Source: an uncultured Desulfovibrio sp. (lineage in GTDB: Bacteria > Desulfobacterota > Desulfovibrionia > Desulfovibrionales > Desulfovibrionaceae). Taken from it: DNA of 51,262 bases. The notes under the pieces were generated by a model. It had not been told where the DNA came from, ran no database searches, and saw only the letters and a program-made list of their open reading frames with translations. The position numbers and the translations under genes are program-made. Below are positions 1 to 10,210 of this stretch, piece after piece. How positions within the stretch are numbered: the stretch's first letter is position 1; the number at the start of each line of letters is the position of its first letter. Location of the stretch: the NCBI GenBank assembly GCA_964635595.1, contig CAZWOT010000001.1, forward strand, positions 1 to 51,262, read 5' to 3'.

Positions 1-454
1 GCTTCAATAGGGCCAATACAGGGATTTACAGCCAAATTTGGCCCTAAAGACGGGGGGGATTTTTGCCCCATTGCAGCCAGGAGAGCATCGCAATGTCCGC
101 GAGCGCGGAGCGGCAAGGCGGCGACTGCTTCGCGGACAGGGCCCCGGGTTGCGTCCTGATGAAAAGGAAGAGGGCCGGCACTGCCGAAACGCGCTCCCTG
201 GGCCGGGCGTCCGGTTGCGGACGCCGCAGCGTTCCTGGAGTCGTTTCGAGAGGCCGGCCCACCACGGAGGAGGACAGAGGCTCCCTCGGGCTTGGGCGAA
301 AGCAGCCTTTTGACGGGCTTTTTCACCGGCAGGAAGGACGTGGTCGCCGGGAGGGAACACGGGCCTTCGCCCCGAGAGGGAGGGATGTTTCGAGGACCCT
401 GGTCCCGCTCATGGCCGCATCGCGGCCATGGCAAGGGATTTGGGCAGGGCTGGG

Positions 455-1768
455 CTAGTATTGGGGATGCTTGTAGACCGTGAAGTCCCATTCCTTGCCT
501 GGGTTGAACTTGGTCAGGCGCCAGTCGCAGGCGCGGGCATGGCCTTCCATGCCCTCTACCCTGGACAGACGCGAGGCATACTCGCTGATGAGCGTGCAGA
601 CCTCGGCGGAGGTGGGTTCCTGGTAGGTCAGGACCTTCAGGTACTTGTGGACGTTCAGGCCGCCGGTGAAGTGCGCGGCCTTTTTCGTGGGCAGGATGTG
701 GTTGGGGCCGGAGCACTTGTCGCCATGGGTGACCGTGCTGAACTCGCCCACGAACAGGGAGCCGTAGGAGGTCAGGTTGGCAAGCCACCACGGCAGATCC
801 TCGCACTGCACTTCGAGGTGCTCGGGGGCGTACTGGTCGCTGACCTTGACCATTTCCTCCCGGTTCTCGCACAGGATGACCTCGCCGTATTCCTCCCAGG
901 ATTTTGCCGGGGTCGCGGGATCGGGCATGTCGGCGATGAGCTTCGGCATGATCTCGAGCACCTTTTCGCCCAGTTCGCGGGAATCGGTGATGAGCCACAC
1001 GGGGGAGTTGATGCCGTGCTCGCCCTGGGAGAGCAGATCGATGGCGACGGTCATGGGATCGGCCGTCTTGTCGGCCAGAACCAGGATTTCCGAGGGACCG
1101 GCAAAGAGGTCGATGCCGCACACGCCGGTGCTGGCGAGGATGGCTTTTGCCTCGGCGACAAAGGCGTTGCCGGGACCGGCGATGAGGTTGGTCGGCTTGC
1201 CGGTGAAGAGCCCGTAGGCCATGGTTGCAACGGCCTGGATGCCGCCCATTTCGAGGATGACGTCGGCACCGGCCAGGTCCATGGCGTAGCAGACGGAAGC
1301 GTCGATGCTGTTGCCGCGCGGCGGGGTGGCGGCGATGATGAAGGGCACGCCTGCGACCTTGGCCGTGGCAATGCTCATGAGCGCCGAACACGTGTGGGCG
1401 AAGCGGCCACCGGGGATGTAGCAGCCCACAGCGTCCATGGGCACGATCTTCTGGCCGCAGCGCACCCCCGCGGGCGTGATCATCTCGAAGTCGTGGATGC
1501 TTTCGCGCTGGGCCTTGGCAAACGCCGTAATCTGGTCATAGGCGAACTTGATGTCGTCCTTTGCCTGCTGGGGCACGGAAGCGATGAGCTCGGCCTTCTT
1601 CTCGGGGCTCAGGATGAAGTCCTGTTCCCAGTGGTCGAACTTTTGGGCCATGGCGCGCACGGCGTCCTCGCCATTGGCGCGGATGTCGGCAAGCACGGCC
1701 TCGACGGTCTTGCGGGCTTCGCTGCTGTTCTGCTCGGCAGAATTGGTGGCCTTTTTCAAGTATTCCAT
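455..1768 (-). CDS. hpsN: Histidinol-dehydrogenase-family protein, likely (R)-DHPS 3-dehydrogenase
   Basis: 437 aa HisD fold (GCYIPGGRFAH, AGPGNAFVAEAK, AGPSEI, YAPEHLEV, GDKCSGPNHILPT, EGMEGHARA). The GGR(F/Y)xH and EGMEGH variants plus the suyAB/SDR/Zn-ADH context favour HpsN over HisD. Confidence 0.85.
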   Translation of the reverse strand: MEYLKKATNSAEQNSSEARKTVEAVLADIRANGEDAVRAMAQKFDHWEQDFILSPEKKAELIASVPQQAKDDIKFAYDQITAFAKAQRESIHDFEMITPAGVRCGQKIVPMDAVGCYIPGGRFAHTCSALMSIATAKVAGVPFIIAATPPRGNSIDASVCYAMDLAGADVILEMGGIQAVATMAYGLFTGKPTNLIAGPGNAFVAEAKAILASTGVCGIDLFAGPSEILVLADKTADPMTVAIDLLSQGEHGINSPVWLITDSRELGEKVLEIMPKLIADMPDPATPAKSWEEYGEVILCENREEMVKVSDQYAPEHLEVQCEDLPWWLANLTSYGSLFVGEFSTVTHGDKCSGPNHILPTKKAAHFTGGLNVHKYLKVLTYQEPTSAEVCTLISEYASRLSRVEGMEGHARACDWRLTKFNPGKEWDFTVYKHPQY

Positions 1769-1777
1769 GTGAAAGCT

Positions 1778-1862
1778 CCTGTGGAATCTCCGGTGGCATC
1801 TCCCCTTGCATCTTCCGTGAAATCTCCCGAGGATGTTCCCGGGGACTCTCCCGAAAGACTCT
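1778..1862. repeat. Imperfect 12-bp tandem repeat (7 units) directly upstream of the hpsN start
   Basis: cctgtggaatct ccggtggcatct ccccttgcatct tccgtgaaatct cccgaggatgtt cccggggactct cccgaaagactct. Confidence 0.7.
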
Positions 1863-1955
1863 GGGCGCGTCGGGAGGGTTTGGCGAATGACCTGATGAAC
1901 AGTCTGCAGTCGTCTGCAGGGATTTGATTGCGTTGGGGCAGTCTTGCTTGTGCGG

Positions 1956-2732
1956 CTACCACCACTTGATGCTTTCCGTCACATAGTCGCGGATCTTGAC
2001 GAATTCCGGGTCGTCGAACTGGCGCGGACGGGGAAGATCCACGATGACCTCTTCCTTGATGGTCGAAGGCTTGGGCGAGAGGATGAGGATGCGTTCCGCC
2101 AGATAGACGGCTTCCTCGATATTGTGCGTGATGAAGGCGACCGTTGCTCCGAGCTCCTTCCAGATGCGCATGAGCTCGTCTTCAAGGTAGTAGCGCAGCT
2201 TGACGTCCAGTTGCCCGTAGGGCTCGTCCATGAGCAGCAGGTCGGGGTTGATGGCGAAGTTGCGGGCGATGACCACGCGCTGTTCCATGCTGGCCGAGAG
2301 TTGCTGGGGATAGTAGGTGCGGTACTTGCGCAGGCCCACGATATCGAGCATGCGCTCGACGCGGTTCTCTATCTCGTCCGGGGCAATGCGCTTGATCTGG
2401 AGCCCGAAGCGGATGTTGTCCTCCACCGTGAGCCACGGGATGGCCGACACTTCCTGGAAGACGAAGGCAATGTTGTGGACTTTCGGATCGGCGGGCTGGC
2501 CGTCGACCAGAATGGAGCCCTCGGTTATGGGGATGAAGCGGGAAAGGCAGTTGAGAAAGGTCGTCTTTCCGCAGCCTGTCGGGCCCACGATGCAGAGCAT
2601 CTCGCCCTTGTATATGTCGAAGCTTATGTCATCCAGAACGAGAAGATCGCCGTAGCACTTGGTCAGTTTCTTCACCGAAACCTTGACTGTCCGTCCCTTC
2701 TCGTACTGTTCCTTGTCTATGATGCGCATCAT
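1956..2732 (-). CDS. NitT/TauT-family ABC transporter ATP-binding protein
   Basis: Walker A GPTGCGKTT, degenerate signature LSASMEQRV, Walker B LLLMDEPY, H-loop ITHN. ATG at 2732 has a GGAGG RBS. Confidence 0.9.
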   Translation of the reverse strand: MMRIIDKEQYEKGRTVKVSVKKLTKCYGDLLVLDDISFDIYKGEMLCIVGPTGCGKTTFLNCLSRFIPITEGSILVDGQPADPKVHNIAFVFQEVSAIPWLTVEDNIRFGLQIKRIAPDEIENRVERMLDIVGLRKYRTYYPQQLSASMEQRVVIARNFAINPDLLLMDEPYGQLDVKLRYYLEDELMRIWKELGATVAFITHNIEEAVYLAERILILSPKPSTIKEEVIVDLPRPRQFDDPEFVKIRDYVTESIKWW

Positions 2733-3020
2733 GTCCTCCAAAGTCGCCCGGCTTTCGCAGGCGGCATGTCGTCGATTCATGTTCCCGAAGGCAGGATGTT
2801 CGTTGGGGCGCGATGCAGTTCACGCGAGGATGATCGGCCTGTGCCGGGCATGGCCTGCATGAAACCCGCTGCAGGCAGGTTTCCCGTTGGCAGGGCATGC
2901 AGGTTCTTGCAGAACCCGGGGGTGCGTTCGATGTTCCCCTTTGTTCGGCCACCGTGTCTTGTGCAGGGCCTCTTCCCGATGTCCGCTTCGAGAACCTGTC
3001 CCCTGTTCCTGTTCCGGGTT

Positions 3021-3791
3021 CTAGAGAACCAGATCCGTGTCCTCGGAGACATGCTTGCGCAGCGCCAGGAATTCCGGGTCCGTGTAGTTGCGCGGCGTGG
3101 GGATGTCGACAGGGTATTCCGTCTTCACCCTGCCCGGCAGCGCGGACATGACGACGACGCGATCCCCGAGGTAGATGGCTTCCTCGATGTTGTTGGTGAC
3201 AAACAGGACAGTGCGCTTTTCCTTTTCCCAGATGGTTCTCAGCTCCTGCTCCATGGCGTAGCGCGTCTGCGCGTCAAGGGCCCCGAAGGGCTCGTCCATG
3301 AGCAGGATGTCCGGGTCGTTGGCATAGGCGCGGGCGATGCCGACACGCTGCTTCATGCCGCCGGAAAGCTGTTCCGGGTAGGCCTTCTCGAAGCCCTTGA
3401 GGCCCACGAGCTCTATGAAATGATGCGCTATGGCAAGCCGCTCCTTCTCGGGGACGCCGCGCACGGCAAGCCCGAAGGCGACGTTGTGCTCCACGGTCTT
3501 CCAGGGAAAGAGCGCGTATCTCTGAAAGACCATGCCGCGGTCCGATCCGGGGCCTTCAACCGGTTTCCCGTCTATGCGGGTTTCGCCTGCCGTGGGCTCT
3601 ATGAGGCCGGCGATGCAGTTCAGAAGCACCGTCTTGCCGCTCTGGCCCGGGCCGAGGATGACCAGGAACTCGTTCTCGTAGACCTTGAGGGAAACGCGAT
3701 CCAGCACGTGAAGGAGCTGGGACTGCCCGGGAACGAAGAAGGTCTTGGAGATGTTGTCGCACTCGATCTTGACTTTTCTCGTCTCGCTCAT
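3021..3791 (-). CDS. NitT/TauT-family ABC transporter ATP-binding protein
   Basis: GPGQSGKT, LSGGMKQRV, LLMDEPFGALD. H-loop position reads VTNN. ATG at 3791 overlaps the upstream permease stop (ATGA). Confidence 0.9.
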   Translation of the reverse strand: MSETRKVKIECDNISKTFFVPGQSQLLHVLDRVSLKVYENEFLVILGPGQSGKTVLLNCIAGLIEPTAGETRIDGKPVEGPGSDRGMVFQRYALFPWKTVEHNVAFGLAVRGVPEKERLAIAHHFIELVGLKGFEKAYPEQLSGGMKQRVGIARAYANDPDILLMDEPFGALDAQTRYAMEQELRTIWEKEKRTVLFVTNNIEEAIYLGDRVVVMSALPGRVKTEYPVDIPTPRNYTDPEFLALRKHVSEDTDLVL

Positions 3792-4564
3792 ACCAGTTCC
3801 CTCCTCCACGGGCACAGGGCCTTCTCGAGCCAGCGCAGGGACGACGCGAGGAAGGAGCCGATGATGGCAATGAGAATCATGCCGACGAGGATCATGGGCG
3901 GCTTGTTCAGATCCATGCCCTGGATGATGATGAAGCCGACGCCTTCGCGTGCGCCCACCATTTCGGCGGCCAGCACGCACATCCAGGCCATGGACAGGGC
4001 GTTCTGCACGCCGGCGAAGATGGACGGCATGCAGGCCGGAACGGCCACGTTGAAGAACTGCTGGTTGCGCGTGGCGCCAAAGGATTTGGCAGCGTCGATG
4101 AGAAGCGGGTCCACGTAGCGCATGCCGGTGTAGGAGTTGAGGATCATGATGACGAAGGCGCCGACGAAGCAGATGAAGATCTTGGAGCCCTCGGCAATGC
4201 CGAGCCACAGGATGGCGATCGGGATCCACGCGATGGGCGGGATGGGACGCAGGACTTCGAATATGGGCATCACGATCTTCTCGCACACCCTGTTCCAGCC
4301 CATGTACAGGCCAAGAGGGAGGCCGAGCACGATGGCAAGCCCGAAGGCGATGAGCACGCGCCTCAAGCTGTAGCCCACGTGGCCGTAGATGCTGGTGCTG
4401 CCAACCTTGGTGCCGGAGAGGCGGATGAATTCGTTCCAGACCTCCAGGGGCGATGGCAGAAACTCGTTGCTGACCTTGAGCGACACGAGGCCCCAGAGCA
4501 CGACGAAGGCACAGATTGAAGCTGCCGGAGCGAGGAAGCGCATGATTTTGCTGGAAACTGTCAT
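3788..4564 (-). CDS. NitT/TauT (SsuC/TauC-like) ABC permease
   Basis: LRPIPPIAWIP, EAA-type loop DAAKSFGA, VLAAEM, multiple hydrophobic helices. Confidence 0.9.
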   Translation of the reverse strand: MTVSSKIMRFLAPAASICAFVVLWGLVSLKVSNEFLPSPLEVWNEFIRLSGTKVGSTSIYGHVGYSLRRVLIAFGLAIVLGLPLGLYMGWNRVCEKIVMPIFEVLRPIPPIAWIPIAILWLGIAEGSKIFICFVGAFVIMILNSYTGMRYVDPLLIDAAKSFGATRNQQFFNVAVPACMPSIFAGVQNALSMAWMCVLAAEMVGAREGVGFIIIQGMDLNKPPMILVGMILIAIIGSFLASSLRWLEKALCPWRRELV

Positions 4565-5409
4565 GTGAGTCTCCTCGACGAAGCGAAGCGGGCTTCAATC
4601 TTGGTCAGAATCCAGGACATGAGCGCGCCAAGAAAACCGATGGTCAGCATGCCCACGATGATGACGTCGGGGCGGGCAATGCGCCTGCCAAGCTGGATCA
4701 TGTAGCCGAGGCCGGTGGAGGCCGCCAGAAGTTCGGCCGCCACGAGCGTGGTCCAGGCTGCGTTGAGGGCCAGCTTCATGCCGGTGAAAATCATGGGAAT
4801 GGCCGAGGGGATGCCTATCTTGCGGAAGGTCTCGAAGTTCGAGGCCCCGTAGATTTCGGCCACGCGGATGAGGACGGGGTTGGTCAGCCGCACTCCGGTG
4901 TAGGAGTTGATGACACAGGGCACGAAGGCGGCAAGGAAGATGATGAAGCCCTTGGCGGGCACGCCGATGCCAAGCCACAGGATGGCGATCGGAATCCACG
5001 CGATGGGCGGGATCGGGCGGACCGCGTCGAAGATTGGGCGGACGAGCAGGTTGACCTTGGGATACCAGCCCATGAAGAGGCCCAGGGGCACGCCGATGAT
5101 GATGGCGACAACGAAGCCCGTGAGGGCAAGGCCCAGGCTGGCGATGGCATGCTGTTGCAGGAGGGCGCCGTCGGGATTGGGCTCGGTCAGCTTCTCGAAG
5201 AAGAGGGTGACGACCTCGGAAGGCGGAACCAGCTGGTAGGGGCCCACCAGTTCGAGGCGGCAGATGGCTTCCCAGAAGATCAGGAAGACGACGAAGCTGA
5301 CGATGGAAATCCAGTTTTCACGGGCGGCCTTGGCGAAATAGTTTTGCTTCTCGATTTCGAGACTCAGTTTCTCTCCTGCGGGATATGTTGTTTCGCTGGT
5401 ATGCTGCAT
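4561..5409 (-). CDS. NitT/TauT (SsuC/TauC-like) ABC permease
   Basis: VRPIPPIAWIP, AEIYGAS, LVAAELL...GLGY. Start MQHTSE at 5409 with a GGAG RBS. Confidence 0.9.
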   Translation of the reverse strand: MQHTSETTYPAGEKLSLEIEKQNYFAKAARENWISIVSFVVFLIFWEAICRLELVGPYQLVPPSEVVTLFFEKLTEPNPDGALLQQHAIASLGLALTGFVVAIIIGVPLGLFMGWYPKVNLLVRPIFDAVRPIPPIAWIPIAILWLGIGVPAKGFIIFLAAFVPCVINSYTGVRLTNPVLIRVAEIYGASNFETFRKIGIPSAIPMIFTGMKLALNAAWTTLVAAELLAASTGLGYMIQLGRRIARPDVIIVGMLTIGFLGALMSWILTKIEARFASSRRLT

Positions 5410-5515
5410 ACGATCTCCGTTGTTCGGGGCGAACCGGCCCCTTGAGTCCCGGGAGACTGCCCCGGGATGAACCGGGGCCGGCCCGAACGCGAGTTTTAGG
5501 AAAAGGTGCCAGGGA

Positions 5516-6586
5516 TTACTTGGCGGCAGCACGAAGTTCGGCCAGCTTTCTCATGAACGAGGAGTCGATGTTGAAGTTGGCCTCGACGTAGCGGTCGTAC
5601 TCCTTCTTCTTGATGCGGCCCTGGGAGAGCATGAAGTCGGCCACGCCCTTCAGCCAGGCGGGGAGCTTCTGGGGATCTTCCATGGCGTCGATCTGTTCGG
5701 CGACGTTGAAGAGATAGCGGTACTTGAACTCCTTGACGACCTGCTCCTCGGTCAGCTCCATGCCGCAGAATTCGTTGAAGAAGCGCAGGAGCGGGGCGAC
5801 GCTTTCCTCGGGATGTTCCTTCATCATCTCGACGCCGCGCATGTAGTAGTCGAGCCACTGCACGACGAGATCGGGATGCTTTTCGGCAAATTCCTTGCGC
5901 ACGCCGATGCCGCCGATGACCTTCACCTTCGCGGCAGCGCCGGAGGAAACCTTCACCCAGCCCTTGGACTCGGCCATGTAGCTCAGGGGAGCCCAAAGCT
6001 GGAGGATGTCGCCCTCGCCGGCGTTGAAGGCCGTGAAGGCCTGTCCCTGCTCCATGTGGACGATGTTCACGTCGCTGTCCTTGAGGCCCAGGGCGTGCAG
6101 GGTGGCGGTCAGGGCGTAGTGGCCGGTGGAGACGGTCGTGGTCAGGATCTGCTTGCCCCTCCAGTCGTCGGCCGTGCCGTAGATGTCGGGATAGTCGGGA
6201 TTGGCGCCCTTCGTCTTCAGAAGGGGAGAGTCGGGACGCACCCACAGGTCGTTGGTCTCGGACTCGTCGTTGGAGAGCCCGATGAGCTTGTAGCCATAGC
6301 GCATGCTGGCCATCATCGTGGGCACGGTGCCCATGGTGCCGCAGTCCCACTCGTCCGCGGCCAGGGCCTCGGTCTGGGGAGCGCCGGACATGAAGAGCAT
6401 GTAGGTGCTGATAAAAGGCGCATCCTTGAGCCAGCCGTAGTTTTCGGCGTACCAGATCGGCATGCCGTGCATGCAGTTCTGGCCGCTGGTGCGGATTTCG
6501 GGCTTGTCCGCGGCAAGCGTCGCATTCGGAAGGGCAATCAGGGCGCACAAGCACGCACAGATGAGGGAAGTGATCAGCTTTTTCAT
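5516..6586 (-). CDS. ABC substrate-binding protein, SsuA/TauA/NMT1-like
   Basis: Sec signal peptide MKKLITSLICACLCALIALPNATLA, FMSGAPQTEAL, STGHYAL, AFNAGEGD...WAP, FAEKHPDLV. GGAGGA RBS. Confidence 0.85.
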   Translation of the reverse strand: MKKLITSLICACLCALIALPNATLAADKPEIRTSGQNCMHGMPIWYAENYGWLKDAPFISTYMLFMSGAPQTEALAADEWDCGTMGTVPTMMASMRYGYKLIGLSNDESETNDLWVRPDSPLLKTKGANPDYPDIYGTADDWRGKQILTTTVSTGHYALTATLHALGLKDSDVNIVHMEQGQAFTAFNAGEGDILQLWAPLSYMAESKGWVKVSSGAAAKVKVIGGIGVRKEFAEKHPDLVVQWLDYYMRGVEMMKEHPEESVAPLLRFFNEFCGMELTEEQVVKEFKYRYLFNVAEQIDAMEDPQKLPAWLKGVADFMLSQGRIKKKEYDRYVEANFNIDSSFMRKLAELRAAAK

Positions 6587-6750
6587 GTGCTCCTCCGGGC
6601 AGAAATGTGTTTTCTCTTTCGAGTGCTGGGGTATGCTTCTTGATTGTTCCGGTTTTTTCTGGCCGAGCCGGGAGAATTTTCGAGGCCTGGACCGCCCGAA
6701 GGCAAAAATGCCCCATGGCCAGGCCCCTACTGCAAGGCCTTCTCCCGGGC

Positions 6751-7752
6751 CTACGGCTCGAGGACTATCTTGGCGGCCTCGGTCTTTTGCTGGGCCAGGA
6801 GCTGGAAGGCCTCGGCGCCGTCGGCGAGAGGCATGTACTTGACCCAGGAAAGATCGCCGAACACGTTTTCGTGCAGGGCCTTCACCGTGGCCTGCATGTC
6901 CGCGTAGGAATAGGTGTAGGTGCCGAGAACGACAAGTTCGGCGAGGGTGATCTTGCGCATGTCCACTTCGGTGCCCCAGTCCTGGAGGCCCATGTGCATG
7001 AGCACGCCGGCAGGACGCAGGGCGTGGATGGCCATGTCTCTCGTCACCTTGCGGCCCACGGCGTCCACCACGTAGCCGTAGGCGGACTCTGCCGGCGGCT
7101 CGGCTGCGGGATCGAAGGCCCGCGCACGGGTGTGCGCGGCGCAGGAGGCGCGACGCAGCGGGTTGGTCTCGGCGATGTCGATGGAGCGGACCCCGTAGGA
7201 CTCGAGAAGCAGGACCATGAGAAGGCCTATGGCTCCTCCGCCGATGACAAGAACCTTCTGTTCCTGCAGCGGGCGGATCATTTTCGGCATGGAGATGTTG
7301 AGCGCGTGCAGCACCGTGGCTGCCGGCTCGGTGATGACGGCGGCCCTGTGCGGCATGTCCTCGGGCAGGGGAATCACCGAGGCTGCCGGAATGGACATGT
7401 ACTCGGCATAGGCGCCGGGGCGGCTCATGCCGACCATGCCGCGGTTTTCGCAGAGGTTGTCGTGGGCGTTGCGGCAGTAGTCGCAATATCCACAGGTGAT
7501 GAGCGGATCGGCCGTCACCTTCTGTCCAGGCTTGAACAGGGGCGAGTCGCTCTTGAAGATTTCCCCGGAAAGCTCGTGTCCCATGACAAGACCCGGCTTG
7601 CGGCGGGGATCATGGCCGTGGTAGGCGTGCATGTCCGAACCGCAGATGCCGGACGCATGGATCTTGATCACGACTTCCCCGGGATTGAGTTCCGGATCCG
7701 CGTAATCCTGAAGCTGAACTTCGTCGGGCTTTGTGTAGATCAGTGCTTTCAT
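6751..7752 (-). CDS. hpsP: Zn-dependent MDR alcohol dehydrogenase, likely DHPS 2-dehydrogenase
   Basis: GICGSDMHAYHGHDPRR, GHE, structural Zn CGYCDYC...NLC, GGGAIG. Context with hpsN, an SDR and suyAB. Confidence 0.75.
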   Translation of the reverse strand: MKALIYTKPDEVQLQDYADPELNPGEVVIKIHASGICGSDMHAYHGHDPRRKPGLVMGHELSGEIFKSDSPLFKPGQKVTADPLITCGYCDYCRNAHDNLCENRGMVGMSRPGAYAEYMSIPAASVIPLPEDMPHRAAVITEPAATVLHALNISMPKMIRPLQEQKVLVIGGGAIGLLMVLLLESYGVRSIDIAETNPLRRASCAAHTRARAFDPAAEPPAESAYGYVVDAVGRKVTRDMAIHALRPAGVLMHMGLQDWGTEVDMRKITLAELVVLGTYTYSYADMQATVKALHENVFGDLSWVKYMPLADGAEAFQLLAQQKTEAAKIVLEP

Positions 7753-8261
7753 TGGCTGATGTCTCCTCGGGGCATGCGGCAAAATCCCGTTCCCTTTCCT
7801 GCCCGTTTTCGGTCGGAGTGCGGCCACTTTTGCATTTCCTGCCTGCTCTCTCTTCCGAACGATGAACCGTGCGTTCCGGGCTTCGTGTGTTCCTGTCAAA
7901 ATCCTGCACTTGCGGCAGTGCTGTCGGCATGGAACTTTCAGGGCCTTGTGAGATTCGGATTCTGATTCGGAACAGGTTCTGCTCTCAAAGACAAGGAAAG
8001 CAGGCAGGAAAATTCCCTGTTGCAGGCATCTCTTGTGCCCTGCCTTTGCCTGGGCGGGCGCAGGAGCCGCAGGGGGCAGTGCGTGGCCATGGCCGCCAAA
8101 GGCTTGTCGATGCATGGGACGGCTCTTCGGTGCCGCCCGGCACCGGGCCATCTGTCATGCAGGAAGGGGACGGCACGCAGACGTTTGTGGGCAGATTCCG
8201 GCTGCTCGTGGTCTTTTTGCGCGTGCCGTCCCCCTTGTCGGCGAGATGAGTGCGGTTGTTG

Positions 8262-9038
8262 TCAACAGGCGGTAAAGCCGCCGTCCACCATGATGGTCTG
8301 TCCCGTAATGTATGCGGATGCCTCGCTGGCAAGGAACACGGCGCAGCCGTAGAGATCCTCGAGCTCGCCGTTGCGGCCAATGCAGGTCTGGTCGGCGTTG
8401 TGCTTGAGGAGAACCGGATTGGCGTACACGGGCTTTGTGAGCTCGGTCGGGAAGAAACCGGGGCCTATGGCGTTGCAGTTGACGCCCTTCGAGGACCATG
8501 CCTGGGCAATGGCGCGGGTCAGCTGCACGATGCCGCCCTTGCCGGCGCCGTAGGGAGCGCTGTTGGCAAAGGCGCGGAAGGACTGCAGGGAGCCGATGTT
8601 GATGATGCGGCCCCAGCCGTTTTCCGCCATGGCAGGCGCGAGTGCCTGGGTCAGGAAGAAGGGGGCGGTGAGGTGCAGGGCAATCTGCGTGCCCCAGGTC
8701 TCGGGAGTGATGTCCATGAAGGGCTGGCGCAGGTTGACGCCAGCGGCGTTGACGAGGATGTCGATCCTGCCGAACTTCTCGAGAGCGGTCTTGCCGCACC
8801 ACGTCGCGTTTTCGGCAGAAGCGAGGTCGCAGGGCAGGCTGTCGGCAACAATGCCGTCCTTTTCCATGTCCGCATTGGCCCTTTGCAGGGCATCCTCGCG
8901 GCGCGCGACGAGAATGACGCGGGCTCCCGCGAGTCCCAGCGCCCGACCGATGGCTTCGCCAATGCCGGAATTTCCGCCGGTCACGAGGGCCGTTTTGCCC
9001 GTCAGGTCGAAGAGAGACGCGATTTTCATCTCTGTCAC
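8262..9038 (-). CDS. hpsO: Short-chain dehydrogenase/reductase, likely DHPS 2-dehydrogenase
   Basis: [17 protein letters not shown] catalytic motif, [14 protein letters not shown]. Alternative ATG start at 9029. Confidence 0.7.
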   Translation of the reverse strand: MTEMKIASLFDLTGKTALVTGGNSGIGEAIGRALGLAGARVILVARREDALQRANADMEKDGIVADSLPCDLASAENATWCGKTALEKFGRIDILVNAAGVNLRQPFMDITPETWGTQIALHLTAPFFLTQALAPAMAENGWGRIINIGSLQSFRAFANSAPYGAGKGGIVQLTRAIAQAWSSKGVNCNAIGPGFFPTELTKPVYANPVLLKHNADQTCIGRNGELEDLYGCAVFLASEASAYITGQTIMVDGGFTAC

Positions 9039-9047
9039 CGTGTTGGC

Positions 9048-10208
9048 CTAGGCGCTCTCGTAGAGCTTGGTCATGACGAACTCGTCGTGTCTCAGGCTCT
9101 CGGCGGCCGTCAGACGCCCGTTGCAGGTGCGGATCATCATGTCGAGCAGCTTGTCGCCCGCGGCGTCGAGGTCGTACTCGCGCTGCAAGAGACCCGTCAC
9201 GTCCACGTCGATGTGCTCGCTCATGGTGCGGAAGGTGCGCGGGTTGCCGGTCAGCTTGATCACGGGCAGGACGGGATTGCCGATGACGTTGCCCTGGCCG
9301 GTGGGGAAGAAATGGACCACGTAGCCGGCGGCGCAGGCGAGGGTCACCATCTCGGCCGCTGCCGAGGAGGAGTCCATGAACCACAGCCCGGGGCCGGTGG
9401 GGCTTTCGGCCTTGTCGAGGCAGCCGACCACCGGGGCCTTCCTGCCGATCTTCTGGATGTTGCCGAGGGCCTTTTCCTCGATCGTGGTCAGGCCGCCCTC
9501 GATGTTGCCCTTGGTGGGCTGGGAGTCGCACAGGTCGTTGGTCTTGTGGTCGTCCACCACCTTGGCGTAGCGGTCGAAGAAGAACTTGAACCTGGCGCGC
9601 ACCTCGTCGTTGGCGCAGCGCGCGGCCACGAGGTGTTCGCCGCCGGTCAGCTCGGTGGTCTCGCCGAAGAGCGTGGTGGCCCCGGCTTCCCAGAGCTTGT
9701 CGAAGGCATTGCCCACGGTCGGGTTGGCGGCGATGCCGGAGGTCGTGTCGGACTCGCCGCACTTGCAGGAGACCCAGAGATCCTTCACGTCGCACTCGAC
9801 GCGCTGGTAGTCCGTCACCATCTGGACGAACTCCTTGGCCTTGCGGGACGCCGCGGCGATGGTGTTGATGTCGCCGTTCTTCTCGATGGAGAAGCCCGCC
9901 ACGGGCTTGCCGGTTTTGGCGATGCCGTCCACGATGCGCTGCGTCCACTGGGGCTCGATGCCGATGACGATGCAGGCGGCCACGTTGGGGTTGCAGCCCA
10001 CGCCTATGAGGGTCCGGAAGTGCAGTTCCAGATCTTCGCCGAACTGGAGGCGCCCGTAGTGGTGGGGCAGGGCCATGGTGCCCTTGATGTTGTTGGCCAC
10101 GGCCGTGCAGGCGGCGTTGGAAAGATCGTCGAGAGGCAGGATGATGACGTGGTTGCGGATGCCCACGCGGCCGTTTTCGCGCTTGTATCCCCAGAATTTC
10201 CTGTTCAT
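9048..10208 (-). CDS. suyB: (R)-sulfolactate sulfo-lyase beta subunit (UxaA family)
   Basis: [55 protein letters not shown]. Preceded by a separate SAF-domain gene. Confidence 0.9.
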   Translation of the reverse strand: MNRKFWGYKRENGRVGIRNHVIILPLDDLSNAACTAVANNIKGTMALPHHYGRLQFGEDLELHFRTLIGVGCNPNVAACIVIGIEPQWTQRIVDGIAKTGKPVAGFSIEKNGDINTIAAASRKAKEFVQMVTDYQRVECDVKDLWVSCKCGESDTTSGIAANPTVGNAFDKLWEAGATTLFGETTELTGGEHLVAARCANDEVRARFKFFFDRYAKVVDDHKTNDLCDSQPTKGNIEGGLTTIEEKALGNIQKIGRKAPVVGCLDKAESPTGPGLWFMDSSSAAAEMVTLACAAGYVVHFFPTGQGNVIGNPVLPVIKLTGNPRTFRTMSEHIDVDVTGLLQREYDLDAAGDKLLDMMIRTCNGRLTAAESLRHDEFVMTKLYESA

Positions 10209-10210
10209 GT

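Noticed and set aside
455-1768. hisD call
   Set aside because: Sequence variants and the suy/hps context favour HpsN. hisB lies 31 kb away in an unrelated operon.
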